Positions 39,160 through 51,900 of a stretch of DNA of 64,000 nt are shown here, piece by piece (within the stretch, counting starts at the first letter, position 1; each line of letters opens with the position of its first letter). The notes beneath the pieces are model-generated. The model searched no databases. It saw only the letters and a program-made list of their open reading frames with translations, and had not been told where the DNA came from. This DNA comes from Asterias rubens (Eukaryota): contig NC_047072.1 in NCBI RefSeq assembly GCF_902459465.1, forward strand, positions 5,890,001-5,954,000. Direction: 5' to 3'. The translations under genes were made by a program, and so were the position numbers.

Positions 39160-39270
39160 CCATCTTTATATCAGAGACAGAAGTCTAACCCAGCACAGCT
39201 GATGTTCTGGACAGTGTGATGTCAACCATGGATATGAACAATCTATGCAAGCAGTGGTTTACATGTACAT
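39160..39270 (+). pseudogene. Exon-like block 5 of the + strand unit (donor uncertain)
   Basis: Strong acceptor gttttcttttttattacag|; candidate donor cat|gtatgt; 0 CpG in 111 nt. Confidence 0.5.
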
Positions 39271-39302
39271 GTATGTACTGAGGCTTTGTGATGTGATGAA
39301 CC

Positions 39303-39570
39303 AGGGGCCAATTTATAGAGCTGCTTAAGCAAAACGAAATGCTTAAGCACAACAAAATGCTTAAGCACGTAAATAGATTGCTTATTTTTTACATGTTACT
39401 GGCCAACATTTCATGTCATAAACATTGCTTTTGACTGGTAATTAGCTGTTGTTTACTTAGCATAACCAATTGAGTGGAGTCTTGGCCAGTAATCTGATTT
39501 TACTAAGCAAGGATTTTTTGGCTTAAGCAAAATTTAGTGTTTAAGCAGCTCTATGAAATTTAGCCCAGAT
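39303..39570. mobile_element. GGCCC-ended MITE, uninterrupted copy
   Basis: TIR gggccaattt-atagagctgcttaagca...tttaagcagctctatgaaatttagccc; both TIRs contain an unoccupied TTAA. Confidence 0.85.
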
Positions 39571-39764
39571 CAGGCCCCATAGACTTGTATGGAGCTGTAT
39601 GGAACAGCCGTCTTGTTGACTCTCATTCAACTCAAAGTGAGGCTGAGAGGCAGAATAGTCTGGTGCTATTAAGCGTCAATTCCTTGCTCTGAGTAACCAA
39701 AGCCATGATCGGGCTCTGGTTTGTCGCCCAACCTAACCATGGCATGGTTTTAAAAATGGCGTAT

Positions 39765-40156
39765 TTAAAGGCAGTGGACACTATTGGTAGTTTCTTAATA
39801 TAATTATTAGCATAAACCTTACTTGGTAACGAGTAATGGGGAGCTGTTGATAGTATAAAACATTGTGAGAAATGGCTTCCTCTGAAGTATTGTAGTTTTT
39901 GAGCAAGAAGTGATTTTCCACGAATTTTATTTCGATACCTCAGATTTAGAATTTGAGGTCTCAAAATCAAGCATCTGAAATCACACAACTTTGTGTGACA
40001 AGGGTGTTTTTTCTTTCATTATTATCTCACAACTTCGACGACCACTTGAGCTCAAATTTTCACAGGTTTGTTATTTTATGTATATGTTGAGAAACACCAA
40101 GTGAGAAGACTGGTCTTTGACAATTACCGAAGGTGTACACTGTACAGTGTCTTTAA
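39765..40156 (-). mobile_element. Kolobok-like MITE family A, reverse orientation
   Basis: TTAA at both ends; body is the reverse complement of the copy at 35620. Confidence 0.9.
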
Positions 40157-42139
40157 TATGAGGAGCGTTTTTATATCTAAACTTTTCTGGAGCAAAGTGC
40201 TGCCCCTATTTTATCAAATTGTTTGTTTTATGCTTCTTTTTTAAATTCCTTTTTAAATTATTTTAAAAGTCAATTGCTCTATTGAACTTTTGCATTGCCA
40301 GACAGCTGGGCCTAGCTTTAGGGTTTTGCTTTATCATGGAATTCTGCGCTTCATCATGGATTTAATGTTCCTTCATGAAACTCCTAGACGGTTTTGTTTC
40401 CTGGGATTGGCTTGCTAGTGTAGGGCTTATGAAAAGGATTTATTAAAAATTTAAAACCCAAGCCTAGAGTCTTCCCAATTGTGTTAAAGCTTTGAAAGTC
40501 ATTTAATTCCCAGGTCTATCATTTTTCGGAAGTGGACTAGACTCCAATTGAATTTGTTTGCGCGAAGCAGATTAAAAATATCTGTCTGGTTTATTTTCCA
40601 GATTTCTGTCAAAATTTAATGGTTTGGAACTGTTTGATTGTTTTAGCCATAGGGCCTACATATAAACAATCAAATGTGAGCATTTCACTTCAAAAGGTGG
40701 TCGCGTTTTTTGAGATGTCGCCCAAAATCCGGAGCAAAAATATCCACACAGGGATAAGTGTTATCATGGTAACTTCGTAGGTTCGAATTTTGGGGTGTTA
40801 AAATGTATATCACATCAAATGTATATCATACTTCGAAGTGAAATGTTTCTCAGATTGCTTTATACTATCGAAAGCTGCTGTAGGTTTCTATTATTAAAAA
40901 AAGTTTTTATTGCCATTATTTTACAGAGTGAATACCAAATGGATACCGTCTTGTTTAGTATGAAACTAATTTTGGGCATTGTAATCTATCTGTTGTTAGC
41001 TCTGGACATCTCGTGTATTTTATTCAGTGCTTGGTGTACACAATATTGTGTTTATCAATTGTATTTCGACTTTTGATTTGTTGACATTAATGTTTGTTGC
41101 ACAAAAACAAGATGTTGTTTACTTTTTAGCATTCTAAACAAAAGAGGGAAAAGTCCCCCCCTGTCAAATCACAGTTCAGTGATTTGAGAGGGGGGGGGGG
41201 GTAAACACTTTGTTGTTAATTATGACAGCATTAAGTGTATTCACTTTTTGAGGATTTGTTTTTGTTAATTTGTTTCAATTATGGTGTTTGTTTTGAAACT
41301 ATTAGAATACACATTTAAGAAATCGTTAATTCTGTTCTTTTTTCTTTTGAAGGAATGGACAATTTATTGTTCAATGTCTTTATTCAATTTTGTGTGCTTT
41401 TTTTATGAATAAAAATTCATTTTCATGAATAATAAATGATTGACAGCTAAATCAATGATTGATTTGTTTATTTATTGTGTTTTCTTTGCCCAGACCACCC
41501 ATGCCCCAGCCCCCCCCCAATCAATTAAAACAATAGAATTTTAATAATAATAAATAACAACAAAGTTTTAATAATAATGAAACAAAATAACAATAAAGAA
41601 TTAATGTGAATTTGACGGTGAAAAAGTTAATTTTTTGAACTGATTTGGAAAAAAATCCATTAATGCCAAGTTGTGCAGGTGCTGTGAAAAGTTGTTGACA
41701 ATACTGCTCGTGCACTGTGCTGTACATCATTACGGGCGGTAATGTGCACTTAGTGCATTGCATGTATGTACACACGAGTACTGCATTCGTGAACATTGCC
41801 GACTTTATTCAAATTAAAAGAGAAAAACTTTTACGCAATTTACTGACTTTAAATTCACCAATTTGATTCTTACCTGTTTATGTTTTCATTGCATAGTTTT
41901 AAAATTCCATTCATCATCGAAAACCCGAAGAAATTGACAAATCTAAGATCCTGCCGGTAAAATTCTTAGAAAAACACTTCCCTTGTGATACAGACTGGCT
42001 ACTTTTCAATATTTTCTTAGAGACCATATCATTTCTGTGCAATTTTCCATTTTGAATTTAGGACCCATACAGTTTTACCACCACTGAAAGCGCCATCTCC
42101 GGTGTTACTACACAAGAGCTTTTTCCCCGACTCCAACTT

Positions 42140-43300
42140 CATAGAGTTCATAAAAATTACTGATTTTCCTAAAATGGGAATTTTTTTACATTCAAACACT
42201 AGTTTGACTGTATTATGATAAAGGAAGCTCAAATATTTAACTGAGAAGTAAAATACCTTTTTTTTCCTGTAACCCCCTCCATAAAACCAATAGTTCATAA
42301 AAAATATTAATTGTCCTAAATGGGAAATATTTTACATTCAAACTCTAATCTGACTTAATAATGATAATTGATGCTTAAATAATTAATTGAGAAGTGGAAA
42401 ACACTGTGCTTCTGCAACCCCCTCCATAAAACCAATAGTTCATAAAAATTAATAATTTTCCTAAATGGGAAATATTTTACTTTCAAACTGTAGTTTGACT
42501 TAATAATGATAATTGAAGCTCAAATAATTAATTGAGAAGTGGAAAACACGTTGCTTCTGTAACTCCCTCCATAAAACCAATAGTTCATAAAAATTAATAA
42601 TTTTCCTAAATGGGAAATATTTTACATTCAAACTGTAGTTTGACTTAATAATGATAATTGAAGCTCAAATAATTAATTGAGAAGTGGAAAACACGTTGCT
42701 TCTGTAACCCCCTCCATAAAACCAATAGTTCATAAAAATTAATAATTTTCCTAAATGGGAAATATTTTACATTCAAACTCTAATTTGACTTAATAATGAT
42801 AATTGATGCTCAAACAATTAATTGAGAAGTGGAAAACACGTTGCTTCTGTAACCCCCTCCATAAAACCAATAGTTCATAAAAATTAATAATTTTCCTAAA
42901 TGGGAAATATTTTACATTCAAACTCTAATTTGACTTAATAATGATAATTGATGCTCAAATAATTGTTTGAGAAGTGGAAAACACGTTGCTTCTGCAACCC
43001 CCTCCATAAAACCAATAGTTCATAAAAATTAATAATTTTCCTAAATGGGAAATATTTTACATTCAAACTCTAATTTGACTTAATAATGATAATTGATGCT
43101 CAAATAATTAATTGAGAAGTGGAAAACACGTTGCTTCTGTAACCCCCCTCCATAAAACCAATAGTTCATAAAAATTAATAATTTTCCTTAATGGGAAATA
43201 TTTTACATTCAAACTCGAGTTTGACTTAATTATGATAAATGAATCTCAAATATTTAATTGAGAAGTAAAATAACTTATCTACTGTAACCCCTTCATAAAA
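42140..43300. repeat. AT-rich satellite, 145-bp unit, ~8 copies
   Basis: ataaaaccaatag at 42281, 42426, 42571, 42716, 42861, 43006 and 43152. Confidence 0.95.
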
Positions 43301-43943
43301 AAACACTGGTCCCACTTCTGATATTAAAAATTACATAAACCATTATTACCAGTTTTTACAATGGGGCTACAATATTCAGATATTTTAAATAAGCAACATT
43401 CCTCTGCTAACTTGCTAAATCTTTATTCATTCTCTAATATTAGTTTGTTTTGAGATAAATGACCAAATTTGTCCCGTAACCCCCTCCAGAAAAAAAAAAC
43501 CCAATCCCAACGTTACATTTGGCTCAAATCGCCAGTAGTCCCACAGTGGCTATCACTGACCGGCTAAACTTTTATATAGAACCCCTAATTTTAGTTCATT
43601 TGTTAAATGGAGAAAAATCACCTTTTCCCCGTCACCCCCTCTAAGAAACACACAAATTCCAAATTTGTTCCAAAAACGCCGATATTTCCACATGGGCTAC
43701 CGCTGAACGTCTTAACTTTTATGTTCAATCCCTAACTTTAGTTCATTTGTATAAATGAAACGGGAATCTCGAAAAAGTAACTTTCCCCCTCCACAAAACA
43801 CACAAATTCACCAGAAAGTTCAAACGAGCAACATTCCACCGCTGACGAGCTCAACTTTTGTATTCAACCCCCAATTTTAGGTGGTATGAATGGAGAAAAA
43901 TTACCTTTTCCCCGTAATGGAGAAGTAAGTAAGTTTTCCTCAC

Positions 43944-43944
<1 letters not shown>

Positions 43945-43992
<48 letters not shown>
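43945..43992. repeat. Poly(C) tract followed by (CA)n
   Basis: Seen directly. Confidence 0.9.
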
Positions 43993-44427
43993 GCAAAACA
44001 CACCAATCCAAAAATTACAAAACGCCGCCATTTCCACAGGGGCTCTACCGCCGACCGGCTAAACTTTTATATTCAAACCCGAATAATTCATATGTTTAAT
44101 GAAGGAATTTTGCAACCCCCCCCCCCCCCCCTCCATCCACAAAACACAAATCCCCAAGTTACACATAGGCCCTAAACGCCGGTATTTCGACAGGGTCTGT
44201 GAGATTTATTAACAAATAAATATGCTACATGTTATAGGCCTAATCGTCTTAGGAACAAACTATATAATATGAGCAACAATACACCCACACCGCCAACCAG
44301 CCAATCAATCACCAATTTAAAATGTTTGGGTTAATTGACATTTAAAAATTATATTTAGAAGGAAAGTTAACTATGCCCCATAACCCCTCCACAAAACCCT
44401 ATCAGCTCCAACTTGGTACGTCTAGAC

Positions 44428-45553
44428 AGAGTTTTATACCCAAATGTCTTATAAACAAACGATAGGGCAGAGTTTTATACCCAAATGTATTATAAACAAA
44501 CGATAGGGCAGAGTTTTATACCCAAATGTCTTAGAAACAAACGATAGGGCAGAGTTTAATACCCAAATGTCTTAGAACCAAACGATAGGGCAGAGTTTTA
44601 TATCCAAATGTCTTATAAACAAACGATAGGGCAGAGTTTTATACCCAAATGTCTTAGAAACAAACGATAGGGCAGAGTTTTATATCCAAATGTCTTAGAA
44701 ACAAACGATAGGGCAGAGTTTTATATCCAAATGTCTTAGAAACAAACGATAGGGCAGAGTTTTATATCCAAATGTCTTATAAACAAACGATAGGGCAGAG
44801 TTTTATACCCAAATGTCTTATAAACAAACGATAGGGCAGAGTTTTATACCCAAATGTCTTAGAAATAAACGATAGGGCAGAGTTTTATATCCAAATGTCT
44901 TATAAACAAACGATAGGGCAGAGTTTTATATCCAAATGTCTTAGAAACAAACGATAGGGCAGAGTTTTATACCCAAATGTCTTACAAACAAACGATAGGG
45001 CAGAGTTTTATACCCAAATGTCTTACAAACAAACGATAGGGCAGAGTTTTATATCCAAATGTCTTAGAAATAAACGATAGGGCAGAGTTTTATATCCAAA
45101 TGTCTTAGAAACAAACGATAGGGCAGAGTTTTATACCCAAATGTCTTACAAACAAACGATAGGGCAGAGTTTTATACCCAAATGTCTTAGAAATAAACGA
45201 TAGGGCAGAGTTTTATACCCAAATGTCTTAGAAATAAACGATAGGGCAGAGTTTTATACCCAAATGTCTTAGAAATAAACGATAGGGCAGAGTTTTATAT
45301 CCAAATGTCTTAGAAATAAACGATAGGGCAGAGTTTTATACCCAAATGTCTTACAAACAAACGATAGGGCAGAGTTTAATACCCAAATGTCTTAGAAATA
45401 AACGATAGGGCAGAGTTTTATACCCAAATGTCTTAGAAACAAACGATAGGGCAGAGTTTTATACCCAAATGTCTTAGAAACAAACGATAGGGCAGAGTTT
45501 AATACCAAAATGTCTTAGAAACAAACGATAGGGCAGAGTTTTATACCCAAATG
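44428..45553. repeat. Homogeneous minisatellite, 41-bp unit, ~27 copies
   Basis: agagttttatacccaaatgtcttagaaacaaacgatagggc repeated with few variant positions. Confidence 0.97.
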
Positions 45554-46899
45554 CATGTGGGTCAATCGGGGGGGGGGGGGGGGGGGGGGGGGACATGTGT
45601 GTGGTCCCCCCCACACCTTTTGGAGGGTTGGGGGACACAATATGAAATGTCCCCCCCCCCATCTTTTTGATCGCCTTTATCATGAAGCCCAAGTTTTGCA
45701 CTGTGTAAAAACCATACCCTGTGTCCCACCATGTACATTAATCCTGGGGGCAAAGGATGACACAACTTTTTGAAGGGTGGGGTACACTATATCAAAATGT
45801 CACCCCTCAAAATTGGCCCTAGACTGCATCCCAGAGCATCTTAATGCAAAATTTTCCCGGGCCCTTGATCGGGCCCGCATCCCACGCCATAAAGGCTTCT
45901 CACACGCATTCTCCATCGTTAACAGTTTTGCACCTCCCCCTTGAAAGAGTGAAAGGGACGTGTCCCCCACACCCACCCCACCCCATTTTCGAAGGTGGGG
46001 GACACAATATCAAATGTTCCCCGTGTCTTTTGACCACCTTTATCATGAAACCCATGTTTTGCACTGTGTTGGACCAAACCATGTGTCCGACCATGGGCAA
46101 TAATCCTGGGGGCAAAGGATGAAACAACTTTTTGAAGGGTGGGGGACACTTATATCAAAAATGTCCCCCCTCAAAACTGGCTCTAGATTGCATCACAGAG
46201 CATCTAAAATGCACAAATTTCCCGGGCCCTTAAGCGGGCCTGGACCCATGCCGTAAAGGCTTCACACTCGCATGCTCACTCGTTGACAGATTTGCCTCCT
46301 AAACTTGTGTCATAGATCTGCATCTGAAGATGCTGTTAACTCAAAAGGTTCTACTGCTGCTCACATTTTAAAGGCCCATATTCTATTCCATTCTTTTTGC
46401 CTCTTGTTTGCCTAAGAATGCACCACCCAGAGCATCTAGAATGCAAACTTTTCCCGGGCCCTTAGGCGGGCCCAGACCCCAGGCCGTAAAAGGCTTCGCG
46501 TTCAGCTTTATAGCAGGCTCCATCTTTAATAGATGTGCCAAACCCACAAACCCCCGCCCCTCCCCTAAAATTTCTTGTCTTGATCCACCCTTGACGATGC
46601 TAAAGATGATAGGGATGAAACACCGTCTGAGCATTATAGTGCATAAACAATATGGATATTACGAAGCTATAATTGAGTTGTTTTTTAGGTACAATAACCA
46701 TAGCAAATAGGTGCATTATAGCTTGAAATAGGCATTAAATTCCAACATCTGAGAGGGGGGGGCACATCACCCCTCAGACTCCCGAGATTGCACCAGAGAG
46801 CACCCACGGCCTAAAACAAATCCCGGGCCCTAAAGCGGGCCCGGACCCCACGCCGTAAATGTTATGTCCCCCACCTTTCAAGACGGATTGACGCCCCTG
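45554..46899. mobile_element. GC-rich hAT-like non-autonomous or composite element inserted in the last 41-bp unit
   Basis: 8-bp duplication cccaaatg at 45546-45553 and 46900-46907; the satellite unit resumes afterwards (ttagaaataaacgata); imperfect TIR catgtgggtcaatc/gattgacgcccctg; internal repeated modules. Confidence 0.7.
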
Positions 46900-47002
46900 C
46901 CCAAATGATTTAGAAATAAACGATAAACAGTCAATACATCCCACATCCAGAAACATAGTGAGTCTCTCTTAGCTTCGTCCACACGTGACTTAAGCCCCGC
47001 TC

Positions 47003-47209
47003 ACACGAGAGAAAATTAGCAAAGTACCCTTGCTAAATTGTAGCATGGTTGTAAAGTCTACAAAACGTACCTCGTGTGAAAAGACAACAATTTTGTTCTA
47101 CTGTCCAAGTTTTCTTGCAATATCTTGTCAAACGTAGCTACATTTTACAACCGTGCCAAAATTAAGCAAGGGATCCCAGTTAAATTGCTGTCGTGTGAAC
47201 AGCACTTAC
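47003..47209. mobile_element. Small TIR element (tcacacga type)
   Basis: taagccccgctcacacgagagaaaatt versus the reverse complement of aaattgctgtcgtgtgaacagcactta. Confidence 0.55.
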
Positions 47210-47990
47210 GCCTACTGCGTCTTAAAACAAACCTTCTAAAAAATCTTTTAAAAAACACACATACAGAAACACACATAAAACCCATGCTTTTTCCTGCAAG
47301 AAGTTGTACTTCACGAGTTTTATTATAACAACTATCTTAGAAACACCCAAAATTAATGAACATTACAGAGTTTGTAAGAAACACCCCAAATTAAACATCA
47401 AAACTAAAAAGCACACACCCGAACTATAGAGCGTCTCTCACTCATTCCCGAACGTCTTACTGAGTATCCGCATCAGATTTTATTTTATTTTTTATTTATT
47501 TATTTATATTTTTATTTATTTTAAATCTTTAGACATACACAATAGTTACAAGTTGGACAGGGACTGTCAGGGTTTAAACTGTCATCAAGAGATATGTAAA
47601 ACCAGACCCCCTGCCAACGATACAAATATAATTTTAAATATAAAAAGGAGATTGCACTGAAATATTTAAAAATCACACAAAATAAAACATAAAATACAAT
47701 CTAAAAACAATCATTTTATTTAAAATCAAGACACAATCGGCACACACAAGAATCCCCATATCTCCCCTAAAGATTCCCCACTGGTACGCATGTAATGTGT
47801 GTTTTTCAAACATGTTGGTGAGTTTACCTGCATACAAAAATATAGTTCTATTACAAACGTCTTTGAAATAAACATTGAACATCAACCCCCTCCCTCCGCT
47901 CAATAATAGAAACATATTCAAGCAGTTACAATTCCAGCGCATAATATTGTATCCCGTTCCAAAGACAGGGGCCCAATTTCATAGAGCTGC

Positions 47991-48395
47991 TTAAAGGCAC
48001 TGGAAACCTTTGGTAATTGTCAAAGACCAGTCTTCTCAATTCGTGTATTTCGAGCTTCGTGTATTTTTATGCATCAACAAATGCATAAAATAGCAAACAT
48101 GTGTAAATTTTTGCTCAATTGGTGGTCAAAGTTGCGAAATAATAACGGGAAAAAAAAAATTGTCACACGAAGTTGTGCGCTTTCAGATGCTTGATTTCGA
48201 GACATCAAAATCTAATTCTGAGGTCTCGAAATCAAATTGGTGGGAAGTTACTTCTTTCTCGAAAACTACGTCACTTCGGAGGGAGACGTTTCTCACAATG
48301 TTTTATACTATCAACCTCTCCATTATTCGTTACCAAGTAAGGTTTTATGCTAATAATTATTTTAAGTAATTACCAATAGTGTCCACTGCCTTTAA
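47991..48395 (+). mobile_element. Kolobok-like MITE family A in the left TIR of the host MITE
   Basis: TTAA at 47991-47994 and 48392-48395; the host TIR continues gcagaaaaat. Confidence 0.9.
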
Positions 48396-48564
48396 GCAGA
48401 AAAATAGCTAAGCGCAATAAAATGGTGCTTACCATAATAAGGTTACCAAACAAACTAACACTGTCACGTGTACAGTTGGTGAATGGTACCCTGTTCATTT
48501 CTGCTTAGCATAAATTTGTCAAGAAATATTTTCTGCTTAAAGGCACTGGACACGTAATTGTTTG

Positions 48565-48941
48565 TCTTGGGTCGGGCGAGTTGGTCCATGAAAAGCCTTT
48601 GAAACCGGTTGTTATTCAATGCATATAGTTACAAAGATGTTGTAAAAGTAGACTTATAACGATCCAAAACAAATATGCCTCGAAGTTGCAAGGTGTCCCT
48701 TATACGTCGTGAACTAACACGGCACGCCATTTTGTGGAGTCAAGTTTTTGACTCCATAAAATGGCCGACCGCGTTAGTTCGCAAAGTAAAAGGAAAACCC
48801 TGCACTTTCGATGCATTTTTGTGTGAATCATTATATTCTACTTTTAAAATAACTTTCTGACCATCTTTCGACTTTATAACAAACGGTTTTCAAACGCTTT
48901 TCGTAGACCAACTCGCCCGATCCAAGGTCGTGTCCCTTTAA
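48565..48941. mobile_element. Kolobok-like MITE family C with truncated left end
   Basis: cttgggtcgggcgagttggtc...gaccaactcgcccgatccaaggtcgtgtccctttaa; related to 50860-51085. Confidence 0.75.
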
Positions 48942-51900
48942 GAGTCAGTTCAGGTAAATAATTGACATACTTGCTCACGGTCAAAAAATGATTTTTTTTT
49001 ATACTTTGTGGGTGGAAGGGCCTTGGGGTGCAAGTAAACAAAATTGCATTTTCAATTCTATATATAGCCCGTTGCCATGGTTACGGCTCATTTTGTTTTT
49101 TGGCCATTTTAGGCCGATTTTGGGGTCTGAAAAACTGGTTTTTAGCTCATATTTACAACTCCACCCCACCAAAATGCAAAATTATTTCAAAAAACCTTTT
49201 ATATCACTACAAAGTATCATCCTTGGCCTTCCTTGAGAAAAAAAATTATTGCTTTAAATTTCACCCTTGTGCTATTTTTGCATCATGCATTACAGTATGT
49301 TTTTGGAACTTGCAAAGTCGACATTTTTACCCTATTTTTTGACCCCAAAATGTCAACTTGCCAGGGGTCTCAGAAAATTTTCCTTTCGGCTGTGATTAGG
49401 GCCAACATTGGTCTTTCCATATCTGGTGTCAAAAACTTGGGCAATTGTATCCTGGTGTGACAGTACTGCCTCAAAACTAGACTTATTTCCAAAAAACGTG
49501 AAAAATGCCTTTTTAAGGGTCTTTTCACATAATATCGACATACGTGTCCATGGTAAAAAAAAAAAAGGAATATTTTTCTTATACTTTGTGGATGGTAGGG
49601 ACTTGGGGTCCAAATAAACAGCATTTACATTTCAAATCATAATATAACACATTGCCATGGTAACAGTTCATTTGTGTTTAGGCCACTTTAGGCCGATTTT
49701 GGGGTCTGAAAAACTTCTTTTTTTTTAGTTAATATATACAACTCCACCCCACCAAAAAACAAACATATTTCATAAAACCTTTTACATCACTACAAAGTAT
49801 CATCCTTGGCTTTACTTGAGACAAAAAAATACTGCTATAAATTTTATCCTTGTGCTATTTTTAGAACGTGCATTAGAATATGTTTTTTTGAACTTGCAAA
49901 ATCAACATTTTTACCATATTTTTTGCCCTCAAAATTTCATTTTTTCAGGGGTCTCAGAATATTTTCCTTTCGGGTTTGATCAGGGCCAAAATTTTTCTTT
50001 TTATTTCTGGTAAGAAAAACTTGGGCAAGTATATCCTGATGTTAACAGTACTGTCTCCAAAATAGACTTCTTTCCCCAAACAGAACAATGCATTTTGAAT
50101 TGTTTTTTTCTTCATATTGAATTTATAACATTAAAAAGTAATAATTCTATCAATCTTGCAGCTTTTCCTAAGCACTCTATAGGCTTAGTGGATTACCCAA
50201 CATTGATCAGGAACTGTTGATGACCTTAATTTTAGAATTTGCAGCCCCAATCATATTTCTTGACATTGCATAAAACAATGTTTTGTGAATAGCGCCTCTT
50301 TTTTTGAAAGTGTTCCCTTTCGGTTGTTATTGGTATTTTCATGTCTTCTGGGTAGAAACACTGTGTTTATTGTATCTTGTTGTGACTGATCATGCCTTAA
50401 GTATAGTAATTTTTCCAAAAACAATGCATGCTTGTTAAAATCTGGCACTGTTTTCATGCCCTTTGAGTAATGAATACAAAGTTTTTATTTAAACATAATG
50501 GTATCCAACCAAACCATAACCAATGCTTTGCCACTGAGAGTTCTTGGTTTGGCTACTTTACCTATTGTACATGATTCCCATTGCAAGTAGAGTGGGATGA
50601 GCATTCTTTACACGTTGTCTTTAATACAGGGCCTACTCTCCTTGGTCCCTGCCTGCTACCAAATGTAAAACTTTTCATAGAGATAGAGATCATAAACAAT
50701 ATAGTTTCTGTGCTTGAGGCAGATGGTTTTGAGCATCCAATCATGTCCAACACAAATGTGGGAAATTAAAAAGCCCGCTTAAAAGTGTTGGAAAATTTTG
50801 CCAAGATGTTATTAAAAACAATGATACTAACGATTTGCAAGATGAGCGTAAGAGATCATTTAAAAGGAACACGTTGCCTGGGATCGGTCAAGTTGGTATT
50901 TGAAATGCGTTTGTAACCGCTTGTTATAAAATGCATGGTTAGAAAGATGTTTTTGAGTGATACTTGTGTGGATCATTATATTCTACTTTTAAAATATCTT
51001 TCTAATCATATGCATTTTGTAATAAACGTTTACAAACGCTTTTCAAAGACCAACTCGACCGATCCAAGGCAACGTGTTCCTTTAATGGAACAACTTTGAA
51101 AGAAGTTGTAAATACTTGCACCTGCTCAACATAAATAAGTAAGATGCATTTGCAGTGACAAAAGTTTATTCAGGCTAGTTTGATTATTTTTTCCATTCAC
51201 TATCTTACTAGTTCATAATTACTATATATGTCTCTGAGAACGATCAACAAAAAACATTGTCAAACATTACCTGCTGAATTGTTTATCACGTTAAATAAAC
51301 CAACTCTTTTATTGTTTGCAACATTACAATTGAAAGGAACCCCTCCATGGATGGGGGAACTGCTTACAGAAGGCCAAAGCAGGTGAATGGCCATTTAGAT
51401 ACTTTGGACACAGTACTTGCTCACTTTTAGAGCCTCTTTGTTCTGATGGGGATGAAAATGTTTAGTTTGGTAGCGGGCAGGGGACCAAGAAGACTGTTAT
51501 AAGGCCATGTATAGACAAGAATAGTAAAGAATGCTCATCGCACTACTTCTCTTCTTGCAATGTGAATCATACCTGTACAACTAGGTAAAGTAGTCATGAC
51601 AAAACAAGAACTCTCAGTGGCAAAGCATGGTTATAAACTTTTTATATGTTACTTAAAGAGCATGGAAACAGTGCCATATTTTTTTAACAAGCATGCTCGT
51701 TTTTGTTTTTTATCAATTCAAACTAAGGGATAACTTCAAAATGCATTTTTATTGTTTTTGGAAAAATTACCATGTTTGAGGCAGAAGTGTCACAACAGGA
51801 TACAATAAACGAAAGTGTTTCTCCCCAGCAGACATGCAAACTATAATGATAGCCCAATCACAACCAAAAAGGAAATATTCTGAGAACCAATGAACAATTA

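Noticed and set aside
1151-39270. Stop-codon reassignment or U-to-C editing restoring one long ORF
   Set aside because: The best frame has 9 stops in ~250 codons versus 14 and 16 in the others, close to chance; CpG decay explains the TGA excess in all frames
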